From Alphaproteobacteria bacterium (GTDB taxonomy: Bacteria; Pseudomonadota; Alphaproteobacteria; RF32; CAG-239): DNA of 64,000 nucleotides. Positions 19,295-28,703 of the stretch are shown here, one piece after another. Each line of letters opens with the position of its first letter. The stretch's first letter is position 1. The notes under the pieces were generated by a model. That model saw only the letters and a program-made list of their open reading frames with translations. It was not told the origin of the DNA and did not search any database. Made by a program: the position numbers and the translations under genes. The stretch covers positions 11,111 to 75,110 of the forward strand of contig JAZNXK010000011.1 in NCBI GenBank assembly GCA_045593845.1, given 5' to 3'.

Positions 19295-20065
19295 CTAAAC
19301 CTCTACTTTTATCGGTCCGTCGGAACTTCCGTTTATAAACTGGCGAACATAAGGATTGTCGGTTTTTTCTAATTCTTCCACTGTTCCTTGCCAAATTATT
19401 TTACCTTTATAGAGCATGGCTATTTTATCGGCAATCTTACGAGCAGAGGCCATATCATGCGTAATAGTCAGAGCACTTGCTCCTATTTTTTTTACCGAAG
19501 CTATGATTAAATCGTTAATTACATCTGCCATAATCGGATCAAGACCTGTTGTCGGTTCATCAAAAAAGATTATTTCCGGTTGAGTTGCTATTGCTCTTGC
19601 TAAACCGACTCTCTTTTGCATTCCTCCTGATAGTTCTGAAGGAGATAAATCTGCAACATCCGCACCCAAACCAACTTGATTGAGATATTTTATAGCTTGT
19701 TTTTTAGCTTGTTTTCTAGGCATTTTTTTATTTTCCAGCAATCCGAATGCTACATTTTCCCAAACACTCAAGCTATCAAACAGTGCTCCCCCTTGAAAAA
19801 GCATTCCCATTTTGGAATATAATTTTTCGGCTTCTTTTCTATCTATTCCAACGCTTTCCTTACCGTTAATTTTGATAGATCCTTCGTCCGGTTCTATCAA
19901 TCCTTGAATACATTTTATAAGAACAGATTTTCCTGTGCCCGAACCGCCTATAACAACTAGGGACTCACCCTTCTCTATCTCCAAATCCACACCATCCAAA
20001 ACAACTTTTTGCCCAAAGGATTTGTGAAGATTTTTAATGCTTATTTTGGTATTATTCTTATCCAT
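19295..20065 (-). CDS. mlaF: ABC transporter ATP-binding protein, MlaF-like
   Basis: Walker A GGSGTGKS, signature LSGGMQKR and Walker B IIFFDEP. Located downstream of an MlaE-type permease. Confidence 0.8.
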   Translation of the reverse strand: MDKNNTKISIKNLHKSFGQKVVLDGVDLEIEKGESLVVIGGSGTGKSVLIKCIQGLIEPDEGSIKINGKESVGIDRKEAEKLYSKMGMLFQGGALFDSLSVWENVAFGLLENKKMPRKQAKKQAIKYLNQVGLGADVADLSPSELSGGMQKRVGLARAIATQPEIIFFDEPTTGLDPIMADVINDLIIASVKKIGASALTITHDMASARKIADKIAMLYKGKIIWQGTVEELEKTDNPYVRQFINGSSDGPIKVEV

Positions 20066-20074
20066 TTTATGCTC

Positions 20075-20866
20075 CTACTTGGCAAAAATCATACCGGTAA
20101 TGATATAATTACAGATGAGAATTAAAATAGAAGAAGAAACAACGGCATTTGTTGTGGCATTACCTACACCTTGAGCTCCTCCTTTTGATTTGTATCCGTT
20201 ATAGCAGCCCATAAGAGCAATTATAAAACCGAAAAATGCTCCTTTTACCAAACCGGTTATAACATCTATGCTTTGAAGTTCGTTAACTGTAGTGTTAATA
20301 TAGTTTGCAGCATTATAATCCAATTGATATATAGCAACTGCATATCCGCCAAATATGCCGATTATATCGCCGATTAAAACCAACAGCGGTAACACTAATA
20401 TTCCGGCCAGCAATCGTGGTGTTACAAGATATTTAAACGGATTAGTAGATAGTGTTGATAAGGCATCAATTTGTTCTGTAACTCGCATTGTTCCTATTTC
20501 TGCCGCCATTGCAGCGCCAATTCGTCCGGCAACCATTAGACCAGAAAATACGGGAGCCAACTCACGCGTTACAGCAATTAGGACCACTGAAGCCACTGCG
20601 CTTTCTGCACCATAACTTGAGAATCCGGCATTTGTTTGCAGTGCAATTACCATTCCGGCAAAAACTGTTGTTAAAGCAACAACAGGCAAAGAATAAAAGC
20701 CTATATCAATCATTTGTTTGATTAAGTTCTTAAAATATAGCGGAGGAGTTAAACAGTTATACACCGCCTGAATGATAAAAAGCGACAATTCTCCAAGTCT
20801 TTTTATGAAGTTTGCAAGCGGGCCTCCTAGTGTTTGGAGAAAATTTTGTATGTATCTTTTAAGCAT
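20075..20866 (-). CDS. mlaE: MlaE-family ABC permease
   Basis: Motifs VTRELAPVFSGLMVAGRIGAAMAAEIGTMRVTEQIDAL. Confidence 0.8.
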   Translation of the reverse strand: MLKRYIQNFLQTLGGPLANFIKRLGELSLFIIQAVYNCLTPPLYFKNLIKQMIDIGFYSLPVVALTTVFAGMVIALQTNAGFSSYGAESAVASVVLIAVTRELAPVFSGLMVAGRIGAAMAAEIGTMRVTEQIDALSTLSTNPFKYLVTPRLLAGILVLPLLVLIGDIIGIFGGYAVAIYQLDYNAANYINTTVNELQSIDVITGLVKGAFFGFIIALMGCYNGYKSKGGAQGVGNATTNAVVSSSILILICNYIITGMIFAK

Positions 20867-20926
20867 TACTTTTTCCTTTGTTTATGCTAGACATAATATG
20901 TTAATAGTTTTTAAAAGGCAAGAATT

Positions 20927-21421
20927 TCACATTTTTTGATAACAAGCTGCGGCTATGACTTTTTCCGCTGCAGATGTTTCAAAAGCACAAAGTTCTATGG
21001 TTGGAATCTTTACACCTAAAATTTCCATTGTTTTTGTTTCCGGCATACGTTCAATTTTTGAAGGTGGTGAAACTAATTTTATTACCAAAGATACTTTTGC
21101 ACTGGCCTTTGCTTTAAACTTACAAATCCCTACACCTCTAACCTCAAGCAAGCCCTTAATATTTTGCGGACATTTTGCTTTTAAAACACCGTTCACATTT
21201 TCAACAATGGTCCTATCGTCTGCTACAAGAACAGCGTTATACTTAAGGATTAAGCGCAGTGTTAAATCAGACTTTCCGCTTCCTGAGTGCCCGATTATTA
21301 TTATTCCTTTATCTTTAACACAAACTGTATTGGCATGTATATTTTTACTTTTCAAATTGCTCAAGCCTCTGTTTTTGTGATAAATTTTCATTGTCAATAA
21401 TAACCTTTCGACCTTCTTCAT
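20927..21421 (-). CDS. hprK: Truncated HPr kinase/phosphorylase (C-terminal domain only)
   Basis: Motifs GHSGSGKSDLTLRLI, LVADDRT and LEVRGVGI. The annotated ATG overlaps tsaE by 77 nt. The true start is probably further downstream, for example a TTG overlapping the tsaE stop near 21350. Confidence 0.7.
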   Translation of the reverse strand: MKKVERLLLTMKIYHKNRGLSNLKSKNIHANTVCVKDKGIIIIGHSGSGKSDLTLRLILKYNAVLVADDRTIVENVNGVLKAKCPQNIKGLLEVRGVGICKFKAKASAKVSLVIKLVSPPSKIERMPETKTMEILGVKIPTIELCAFETSAAEKVIAAACYQKM

Positions 21422-21797
21422 AAGGTAAAATATTTATCTTATATGCTTTTTTAGGTAAATATCCTCCCATTTTTTCAGGCCATTCAATTAGACTTACACC
21501 ATCATATATAGCTTCTTCCATTCCTATTTCAAAAATTTCTTCCGGAGATTTCAAGCGATAAAGATCAAAGTGGTATATAGGAAAATTTTCTGAATTATAT
21601 ACTTGTAAAAGAGTAAACGTAGGGCTGGGAACTTCCGATGCATCACAGAGTTTTTGAATAAAAGCTCTTGATAAAACGGTCTTTCCCATACCTAAAGTTC
21701 CAAACAAGGCGAATACATCCCCTTTTTGAGCGAAGTTAGCAAGCTTTTGTCCTAGAAGGATTGTGTCTGTTTCTGTTTTGCAGATAATTTCCATCAC
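21345..21797 (-). CDS. tsaE: tRNA t6A37 biosynthesis ATPase TsaE
   Basis: P-loop GTLGMGKTVLSRAF, and PSPTFTL, YHFDLYR and IEWPE motifs. Confidence 0.85.
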   Translation of the reverse strand: MMEIICKTETDTILLGQKLANFAQKGDVFALFGTLGMGKTVLSRAFIQKLCDASEVPSPTFTLLQVYNSENFPIYHFDLYRLKSPEEIFEIGMEEAIYDGVSLIEWPEKMGGYLPKKAYKINILPYEEGRKVIIDNENLSQKQRLEQFEK

Positions 21798-21807
21798 TTT
21801 ATCAACT

Positions 21808-22824
21808 TTAGAGATAATCCCAAAATCTTTTTTTGCTAGTTTTAGGTTTAATTACTTTTATTTTAGGTTTTTGAGCCTGTATATCAGCCCAATCCCAGGG
21901 TTTATAGAACGTTCCTGACCACATTCCATTGAGATTTCTTTGAGCCTGTTCTTCATACGGCTCATATATTTCATTTTTAGGCAAAGCAACAGCCCAACCA
22001 GCAACAACCAGGGCAGCGCCTAAATCATATTGCCCGTAAGAACATATTCCTATAAGATTTTGCTTTGTTTTCTGCAGAATGCGACACTCTATTTCTCCAT
22101 CCAATATCCAATTCTGTAACCATCTTGCTGCTTTTTTTCCGCAAGCATACGGATGTCCTCTGCTATCCGCACAGGCTTGTTGTTTCAAGGGGGCCGCTAT
22201 TCCGTATAATCTGATTACATGGTTACGAATGAGTAATGTATCAGCACTGATAACTTTAGCTTTTCCATAAATTGCCGGATAATTTTTAGGATTCAATTTA
22301 ACTCGATTGAATTTTTTCTTTACCGGTTTTGCAACTTCTTCGTTTTTGTATGTTGGTTCTTCGATTTTATGCTCTTGAAAATTCTCAATATTATTCATTT
22401 TTTCTTTTGAATTTTCTTCTTTTATTTCAAGCTTTGCAAAGTTATCATCAAAAGTTTCGCTTATATGTACTTCTTCTTCCGGATTTTCGTCCTCTTCAAA
22501 CAAAAGCAGCGTATCTTCTTGCGGTGTTTCTTTTGTGGCTATAAAATTTTTAATATTAGGTATAATTTCATCAACCCCGCCGTTCAGTGCTCCTATCGTA
22601 TAGAGAATAAAAAAGATAATTCCAAATATAATCAACAGCGCCGGCAGGCAGCCTATGGCTTTCATGACCAGTTTGAAGAATATATAGACTACTATGCATG
22701 CCAACAGCATGCCTAATATTCCACCGGCATCAAATATTAAATCATTTCCGTTCAGTGTCATACTGCCCAAAGCTACGATTGTAAGAACTATTGAATAAAA
22801 AATTATCTTTTTTATTATACCCAT
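21808..22824 (-). CDS. Membrane-anchored thermonuclease (SNase)-domain protein
   Basis: Three N-terminal TM helices and an acidic linker. The C-terminal SNase-like block reads IRLYGIAAP...CRIL...GICSYG..DLGAALVVAGWAVA...Y...E..A. Confidence 0.6.
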   Translation of the reverse strand: MGIIKKIIFYSIVLTIVALGSMTLNGNDLIFDAGGILGMLLACIVVYIFFKLVMKAIGCLPALLIIFGIIFFILYTIGALNGGVDEIIPNIKNFIATKETPQEDTLLLFEEDENPEEEVHISETFDDNFAKLEIKEENSKEKMNNIENFQEHKIEEPTYKNEEVAKPVKKKFNRVKLNPKNYPAIYGKAKVISADTLLIRNHVIRLYGIAAPLKQQACADSRGHPYACGKKAARWLQNWILDGEIECRILQKTKQNLIGICSYGQYDLGAALVVAGWAVALPKNEIYEPYEEQAQRNLNGMWSGTFYKPWDWADIQAQKPKIKVIKPKTSKKRFWDYL

Positions 22825-22894
22825 TTAATTGTTCCTTCTTTGTATCAATAATGAGGAAGTATATACAAAGATTGTAAATATAAAGTTACTTTTT

Positions 22895-23125
22895 TTATTT
22901 TGCTTTTCGGTAGCAGCGGCAATGGCAGATTCCGTCGCGTTCTATATCACTGCGACACAGTTCCGATATACAATATCTGTTGTCATTATTGCCATCACAA
23001 GGGCATCTTTGCCAGTCTTTTTCACCAAACATCATATTTTTAGCTCTGGCAATTTTTTCAATATTTTCGGTTGCTTCGTAGCCGGCTCTTTTGCAATTTT
23101 CAATCATTTTATCTAGTATGCTCAT
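22895..23125 (-). CDS. Small Cys-rich protein resembling the ferredoxin-thioredoxin reductase catalytic chain
   Basis: The pattern CPCDGNNDNRYCISELCRSDIERDGICHCRCY contains CPC...CHC. It resembles but does not equal the canonical FTR spacing CPC-x16-CPC-x8-CHC. Confidence 0.4.
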   Translation of the reverse strand: MSILDKMIENCKRAGYEATENIEKIARAKNMMFGEKDWQRCPCDGNNDNRYCISELCRSDIERDGICHCRCYRKAK

Positions 23126-23152
23126 TGTAGTCTCCTTTTAGTTTATCAGTTA

Positions 23153-24028
23153 TTAGCGGCGAAGAATATCCAATATTCTATCAAGTTCTGAAAGATCTGC
23201 GTACGATAATGTAACCTTTCCGCTACCGTTTTTTGCAGTTGAAATTTTAATTTTCAATCCAAGATTTTGTTTTATGTTGTTCTCTATATCAGTAATATCC
23301 GGATTTTTTTGGGTTTGTTTTTTAGGCTTTGATGTTTTCAACTGTTGAACAAGTTCCTCAACTTGTCTAACATTAAGACCTTTTTTAATAATTTTTTCTG
23401 CAATTTCTTCTGCGTTTTCAAGTCCTATTAAAGGACGAACATGTCCGGCAGTCAAGATATTATCTTTCACTTTTTGCTGAATTGATAACGGAAGTGATAA
23501 TAAGCGAAGAGTGTTTGCAATATAGCTCCTGGATTTTCCGATTACTTCTGAAAGGCTTTCTTGAGTATGGGAAAATGATTTAATCAGATGATCTAAACTT
23601 TCAGCCTCTTCAATTGCTGAAAGATTTTCACGTTGAATGTTTTCTATAAGCGCAACTTCCAAAACTTCTTTGTCTGAAAAATCTTTTATGATTACCGGTA
23701 TCTCTTTTAATCCGGCTTTCAGGGCTGCTCTATAACGTCTTTCACCGGCAATAATTTCATATTCTCCGCTAAGCTTTTCTCTGACAAGAAGCGGCTGCAA
23801 TATACCTTTTTCCTTTATTGAAGCTGCGAGCGTATTTAGTGCATCTTCGTCAAAATTCATTCTCGGCTGAAGTGGTGAGTCAACCAGTGATTCAATATCA
23901 ACTTTTTCTACACCGGGCTTGTTTTCAAATTCAAGCGGTGAAACTAAATCATCAAGCATGATATCTTTACCGCCGTATATAGCCTCAAGTCCTCTGCCTA
24001 AATTATCTCTTTTTTTATCTTCTAACAT
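23153..24028 (-). CDS. parB: Chromosome partitioning protein ParB
   Basis: ParB box IIAGERRYRAA plus an HTH region. Overlaps parA by 7 nt. Confidence 0.95.
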   Translation of the reverse strand: MLEDKKRDNLGRGLEAIYGGKDIMLDDLVSPLEFENKPGVEKVDIESLVDSPLQPRMNFDEDALNTLAASIKEKGILQPLLVREKLSGEYEIIAGERRYRAALKAGLKEIPVIIKDFSDKEVLEVALIENIQRENLSAIEEAESLDHLIKSFSHTQESLSEVIGKSRSYIANTLRLLSLPLSIQQKVKDNILTAGHVRPLIGLENAEEIAEKIIKKGLNVRQVEELVQQLKTSKPKKQTQKNPDITDIENNIKQNLGLKIKISTAKNGSGKVTLSYADLSELDRILDILRR

Positions 24029-24801
24029 GCTATTTTTTCTCCTTCTCTTTTCAGCATTTCACTTGCAAGGCTTATATATGCTTGTGAGCCTTGACACCTA
24101 TGGTCATACAGTAAAACCGGCTTTCCGTGTGATGGAGCTTCTGAAACTCTCACGTTTCTGGGAATAACCGTTTGATAAACTTTTTTTCCAAAAAAGTTTC
24201 TTACATCATCTTCAACCATTTGGCTGAGATTATTACGCCCGTCATACATTGTAAGGACCACACCTTGTAGTTCAAGTTTTGGATTAAAACGTCTCTTTAT
24301 AATATTGAGATTCTTTATTAAATCACTGATTCCTTCCAATGCTAAATATTCACATTGCAAAGGAACAACAACTGCATCTGCTGCCACAAGAGCGTTTAAG
24401 GTTATCAAGCTCAATGATGGCGGACAATCTATTATAATATAGTCGTAGGAATTTTCTGCTGATTGTAAAGCCGTTTTCAGAGCATATTCTCTATGTTGTT
24501 TGTTGATCAGCTCTACCTCTGCACCGGCTAAATCGGGAGAAGATGGCACAATTGAAAGGTTTGGTACCTCTGTCCAAACTACCGATTTACTCAATGAACT
24601 TTCACCGATTATTAAGTTATACGACGAAGTTTGGCAGCTATTTTTATCTATTCCCAGTGATGTAGATGCATTTGACTGCGGATCCAAATCTACTATCAGA
24701 ACTTTTTTACCAACAGCCGCCATTGCTGTTGCAACATTTACTGTTGTTGTAGTTTTTCCAACACCACCTTTTCGGTTGGCAATAGCAATTATCCTTGGCA
24801 T
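24022..24801 (-). CDS. parA: Chromosome partitioning ATPase ParA
   Basis: Deviant Walker A NRKGGVGKTTT. 259 aa. Confidence 0.95.
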   Translation of the reverse strand: MPRIIAIANRKGGVGKTTTTVNVATAMAAVGKKVLIVDLDPQSNASTSLGIDKNSCQTSSYNLIIGESSLSKSVVWTEVPNLSIVPSSPDLAGAEVELINKQHREYALKTALQSAENSYDYIIIDCPPSLSLITLNALVAADAVVVPLQCEYLALEGISDLIKNLNIIKRRFNPKLELQGVVLTMYDGRNNLSQMVEDDVRNFFGKKVYQTVIPRNVRVSEAPSHGKPVLLYDHRCQGSQAYISLASEMLKREGEKIAC

Positions 24802-24802
24802 T

Positions 24803-25426
24803 TTATTCTCCCTGTTTTCTAAGGTTGCTTATAATTAAGATCTTACCTTCATCTGATGTTTTACTGTCAACAACAGATAAAGAAAATTTCCATTTTTTCG
24901 AAGCGTCATTAATTTCTTGCTGATAGCTTTTTCCTTTTGGAAATATGCATACACCATCTTTTTTAAGCAAATGGTTTGCATATCCGAGTAGATCAGTAAG
25001 TGCTGTTACAGCTCTTGCTGTTATTACAGAAAACTTTTGATCTTTAATTTGTTCGGCTCTAATATTTAATACCTCAACATTATCCAAATGTATCGCGTCC
25101 TTTATATGATTTAAGAACAACGTTTTTTTCTTTATGCTATCAGTTAATGTTATTTTTAAATACGGTGTTTTACATAAAGACATTATTCCCAGAACCATAC
25201 CCGGAAACCCCGCTCCACTTCCGATGTCGAGCAAATTTTTTGCTTCTGTAGGAATTAGCTCAAATATCTGTGCAGAATCCTCAATATGACGACTCCATAG
25301 GTCTTTCAAAGTGTTTGCGCCGACCAAATTCATTTTACATTGCCAATCTTTTAGTTCTTGGCAATATTTTTCAAGCAGCGAATATGTTTCACGTGAAACA
25401 CTATATTTATCACAAAAATCTTTCAT
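24803..25426 (-). CDS. rsmG: 16S rRNA m7G527 methyltransferase
   Basis: Motif DIGSGAGFPG. Position between mnmG and parA. Confidence 0.9.
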   Translation of the reverse strand: MKDFCDKYSVSRETYSLLEKYCQELKDWQCKMNLVGANTLKDLWSRHIEDSAQIFELIPTEAKNLLDIGSGAGFPGMVLGIMSLCKTPYLKITLTDSIKKKTLFLNHIKDAIHLDNVEVLNIRAEQIKDQKFSVITARAVTALTDLLGYANHLLKKDGVCIFPKGKSYQQEINDASKKWKFSLSVVDSKTSDEGKILIISNLRKQGE

Positions 25427-25543
25427 GCTTTTAGTTATATATTAAATATTTTTTTATTAAAATAAAAAATCTAAATTATAAACATAAAATATTTCTACGT
25501 AAATTCAAACTATTAACAAACAAAAGAGATTCTATTTATTAAT

Positions 25544-26170
25544 TTAAGTATCGATATTGAGAATTTTGTAAACATCATCATTAATTATTTTATCAAAATA
25601 TTTCTTAATTTCGAAAGATTTCTCTTTAAAAATTTTTTCTTGTCGTTCATTTATTTTGTATCTTTTTACAATTCCTTTAACTCTTTCCTCGATCGTAACA
25701 ATTGATAAACCTTCAAAAAATTTATCACATAGACATATTAAATGATCATAATCATCATATTCAAATGCTTTTAGTTCATTTTTTGCCCACTTCATCCATT
25801 CTAAAGGATATGTCATATCGTTATAGTCAAAATTCTTATCAAAAAAACTATGGGTTAAGCAAATTTTTGCCACTTCATAATACCCAAGTTTATTCATTTG
25901 TTCATAACCTTCACGTCCGTGAAAATAATTTTCTTCTTTCTCTGATATTCTCTTTCCGTAGTCGTGTAACAATCCTAAAATATATGCCTTTTCAGGATTT
26001 AAGTGAGGAGTTCTTTCGGCAATTTTATGGGCAGCTGAAGCTACCCCTTGAGTATGAAAGCGATATTCATTTTCAATGTCAAAACCATAATATCTTGATT
26101 TTCTATATTCAATTCCGGCTTCCCATAATTTTATGGCATATTCCAAACAAGGATAACCATTATTTGTCAT
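25544..26170 (-). CDS. HD-domain phosphohydrolase
   Basis: Motifs HTQGVASAA...LGLLHDYGK. Its start overlaps the mnmG stop by 11 nt. Confidence 0.65.
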   Translation of the reverse strand: MTNNGYPCLEYAIKLWEAGIEYRKSRYYGFDIENEYRFHTQGVASAAHKIAERTPHLNPEKAYILGLLHDYGKRISEKEENYFHGREGYEQMNKLGYYEVAKICLTHSFFDKNFDYNDMTYPLEWMKWAKNELKAFEYDDYDHLICLCDKFFEGLSIVTIEERVKGIVKRYKINERQEKIFKEKSFEIKKYFDKIINDDVYKILNIDT

Positions 26171-28004
26171 TTTTTAAATACCCCATAATTGCCATTATTG
26201 CAGCAGGTGTAACTCCTGATATTCGTGAAGCCTCACCAAGTGTTGCCGGACGTATTTTAGACAGTTTAATCACCATCTCATTTGATAAACCGCCAATTTT
26301 GGAATAATCAAGATCAGCTTTAAGCTTTATATTTTCATCTTTCTTAAATATTTCAATATCTGACATTTGTCGACGCATATAACCGGAGTATTTTGACTCT
26401 GTTTCAACGGCTTCATAAACTTCTGCCGGAAAATAACGCAAATCAGGCCAAATTGAAAAAATTGTTTCACGTGAAACATCTTCTTGCCCCATTAAATTGT
26501 AAGCTGACTTTTTGCTATCTTTTTTTATACCGTATTTTGACATTTCTTTAACAGATATGGATAACTGTAAACTTAGTTCTTTCAATCTATCAATGTTTAT
26601 TTTCTTTTCTTTAAATCGACTATAGCGATAATCAGAAACACACCCTATATCATATCCCAGTTTTGTCAGTCGTTCATCTGCGTTATCTGCTCTCAAGTAT
26701 AATCTGTATTCCGAGCGAGAAGTAAACATTCTATATGGTTCATCAACACCCTTTGTTATTAGATCATCTATCATTACCCCGATATATCCCTGGCTGCGAT
26801 CGATAATAAATTCTTTTTGTGAATTTTTAGCCTTTAGCGCAGCATTTACACCTGCAACTAAGCCTTGGGCACCAGCCTCTTCGTAACCTGTAGTCCCGTT
26901 AATTTGTCCTGCTAGATATAAATTTGGTATCTTTTTAACTTCTAAAGAATGATTAAGTTCCTGTGGGTCAATATAATCATACTCAATCGCATATGCATAG
27001 CGTTCAATCTTCACATTCTCAAGACCTTTTATTGTTCTTAAAAACTGTTCTTGCACATCCGCAGGTAGAGAAGTTGAAAGTCCATTCGGATAAATAGTTT
27101 TACTGTTTAAACCTTCGGGCTCCAAAAACACTTGATGACTTGTTCTGTCTGCAAATTTTACAAGTTTATCTTCTATACTGGGACAGTACCTTGGGCCAAC
27201 ACCTTTAATTAAACCAGAAAATAATGCGCATTTTTCGAAATTATCTCGAATAATTTTGTGAGTTTTTTCATTTGTATGAGTTATATGGCATTTAATCTGC
27301 TTATTTGTAATTTTTTCGTTCAAATACGAAAAAGGAACCGGTGGGTTATCACCTTCTTGTTCGGCTAAAACATCCCAATTAATTGAATCAGCGTTCAGAC
27401 GAGCAGGTGTACCGGTTTTTAGCCTTCCAATATTTAACCCTTTTAATTTTAAATACGGTGTTATTCCATGGCAACTAACATCATTTATTCTACCACCAAT
27501 GCTTGTTTGGTGTCCAACAAACATTATTCCATTAAGAAACGTACCGGTTGTTAAGATAACAGTGGAAGAAAAGATTTTTTCACCGTTAGCAAGTAATACT
27601 CCACAGATTGCATCATTATTAAAAATTAAACCTTCGGCAGCAGCTTCTTGTATTGTTAAATTTTCTTGATTTTGAAGAAATTCCAGCATATATTTCTTAT
27701 ATAATTCTCGGTCAGCTTGAGCCCTAGGACCACGAACGGCAGGACCTTTAGACATGTTTAGCATTCTAAATTGTATTCCAGCCTTATCTATTACACGTCC
27801 CATCAAACCATCCAAGGCATCGATTTCTCTGACTAAATGCCCTTTACCTAATCCTCCAATAGCGGGATTACATGACATTTCACCGATAGTTGATATTTTA
27901 TGGGTGATTAACAGTGTTCTTACCCCCATTCGTGCAGATGCAGCGCAAGCCTCACAACCAGCATGTCCTCCGCCTATAACTATTACATCATATTTATCTT
28001 TCAT
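26160..28004 (-). CDS. mnmG: tRNA U34 carboxymethylaminomethyl modification enzyme MnmG
   Basis: FAD motif [15 protein letters not shown]. 614 aa with GidA-type conservation along its full length. Confidence 0.95.
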   Translation of the reverse strand: MKDKYDVIVIGGGHAGCEACAASARMGVRTLLITHKISTIGEMSCNPAIGGLGKGHLVREIDALDGLMGRVIDKAGIQFRMLNMSKGPAVRGPRAQADRELYKKYMLEFLQNQENLTIQEAAAEGLIFNNDAICGVLLANGEKIFSSTVILTTGTFLNGIMFVGHQTSIGGRINDVSCHGITPYLKLKGLNIGRLKTGTPARLNADSINWDVLAEQEGDNPPVPFSYLNEKITNKQIKCHITHTNEKTHKIIRDNFEKCALFSGLIKGVGPRYCPSIEDKLVKFADRTSHQVFLEPEGLNSKTIYPNGLSTSLPADVQEQFLRTIKGLENVKIERYAYAIEYDYIDPQELNHSLEVKKIPNLYLAGQINGTTGYEEAGAQGLVAGVNAALKAKNSQKEFIIDRSQGYIGVMIDDLITKGVDEPYRMFTSRSEYRLYLRADNADERLTKLGYDIGCVSDYRYSRFKEKKINIDRLKELSLQLSISVKEMSKYGIKKDSKKSAYNLMGQEDVSRETIFSIWPDLRYFPAEVYEAVETESKYSGYMRRQMSDIEIFKKDENIKLKADLDYSKIGGLSNEMVIKLSKIRPATLGEASRISGVTPAAIMAIMGYLKNDK

Positions 28005-28130
28005 TTTTGCTCTCTTTTTTTTCGTATTTGTTTATTATATTTTTCTTGTTTTAGCAAGTAAAACTTTACTTTTTTTTAAGCTCTGCAAAATAGACTTTAG
28101 ATATTCAAAAATTTAATTTCGGAGTTTTTT

Positions 28131-28703
28131 ATGTTTGGATTTTATATGTTTATTCTTGTAAATTTCTTAATAATTATAGCAATGATTTGGTTCTGTATCA
28201 TTGTTATCAGACTGATGTTGTCAGAAGAATATAGAAAATATCCGCCTTTTGTTCCAAGTTTTGGCAAAGAAAAAGGTATAATTATTGAGGAGGTAAGAAA
28301 AGTATTAAAAAACTCGCAGAAACAACTTGTTGTGCTTGACCCCGGATGTGGTACCGGAACATTATTATTGAAGCTTGCAAAAGATTTTCCAAATCATAAA
28401 TTTGTCGGTATTGAATGGAATAAAGTTGTTGCCGGTATATGCTCTTTTCGTGCTTGGAGAAGAAAAAATTTGGAAGTTATTTCTGATGATATGTTCAAGC
28501 ACGATTTCGGTGCTGCTGATGTTATTATGTGCTTTTTGATGCCGGAAATGTTGGATAAATTCAGTAAAAAGTTGTTGGCTGACAATAAAAAGAAGCAAAT
28601 TATATTTTCGAATAGTTTTCAAATTCCAAATCTGAAATTGGATAGAGAGGTTAAAACCGGAAAAGGTATATTGTTTAAGGATATTTATATATATAAACTA
28701 TAG
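28131..28703 (+). CDS. Class I SAM-dependent methyltransferase with N-terminal TM helix
   Basis: Motif I is VVLDPGCGTGTLLLKLA. The N-terminal segment is hydrophobic. Confidence 0.6.
   Translation: MFGFYMFILVNFLIIIAMIWFCIIVIRLMLSEEYRKYPPFVPSFGKEKGIIIEEVRKVLKNSQKQLVVLDPGCGTGTLLLKLAKDFPNHKFVGIEWNKVVAGICSFRAWRRKNLEVISDDMFKHDFGAADVIMCFLMPEMLDKFSKKLLADNKKKQIIFSNSFQIPNLKLDREVKTGKGILFKDIYIYKL

Noticed and set aside
25702-26307. 201-aa plus-strand ORF
   Set aside because: It is antisense to the HD-domain gene and the 3' end of mnmG, both of which have clear family motifs. Its translation is low-complexity and AT-biased.
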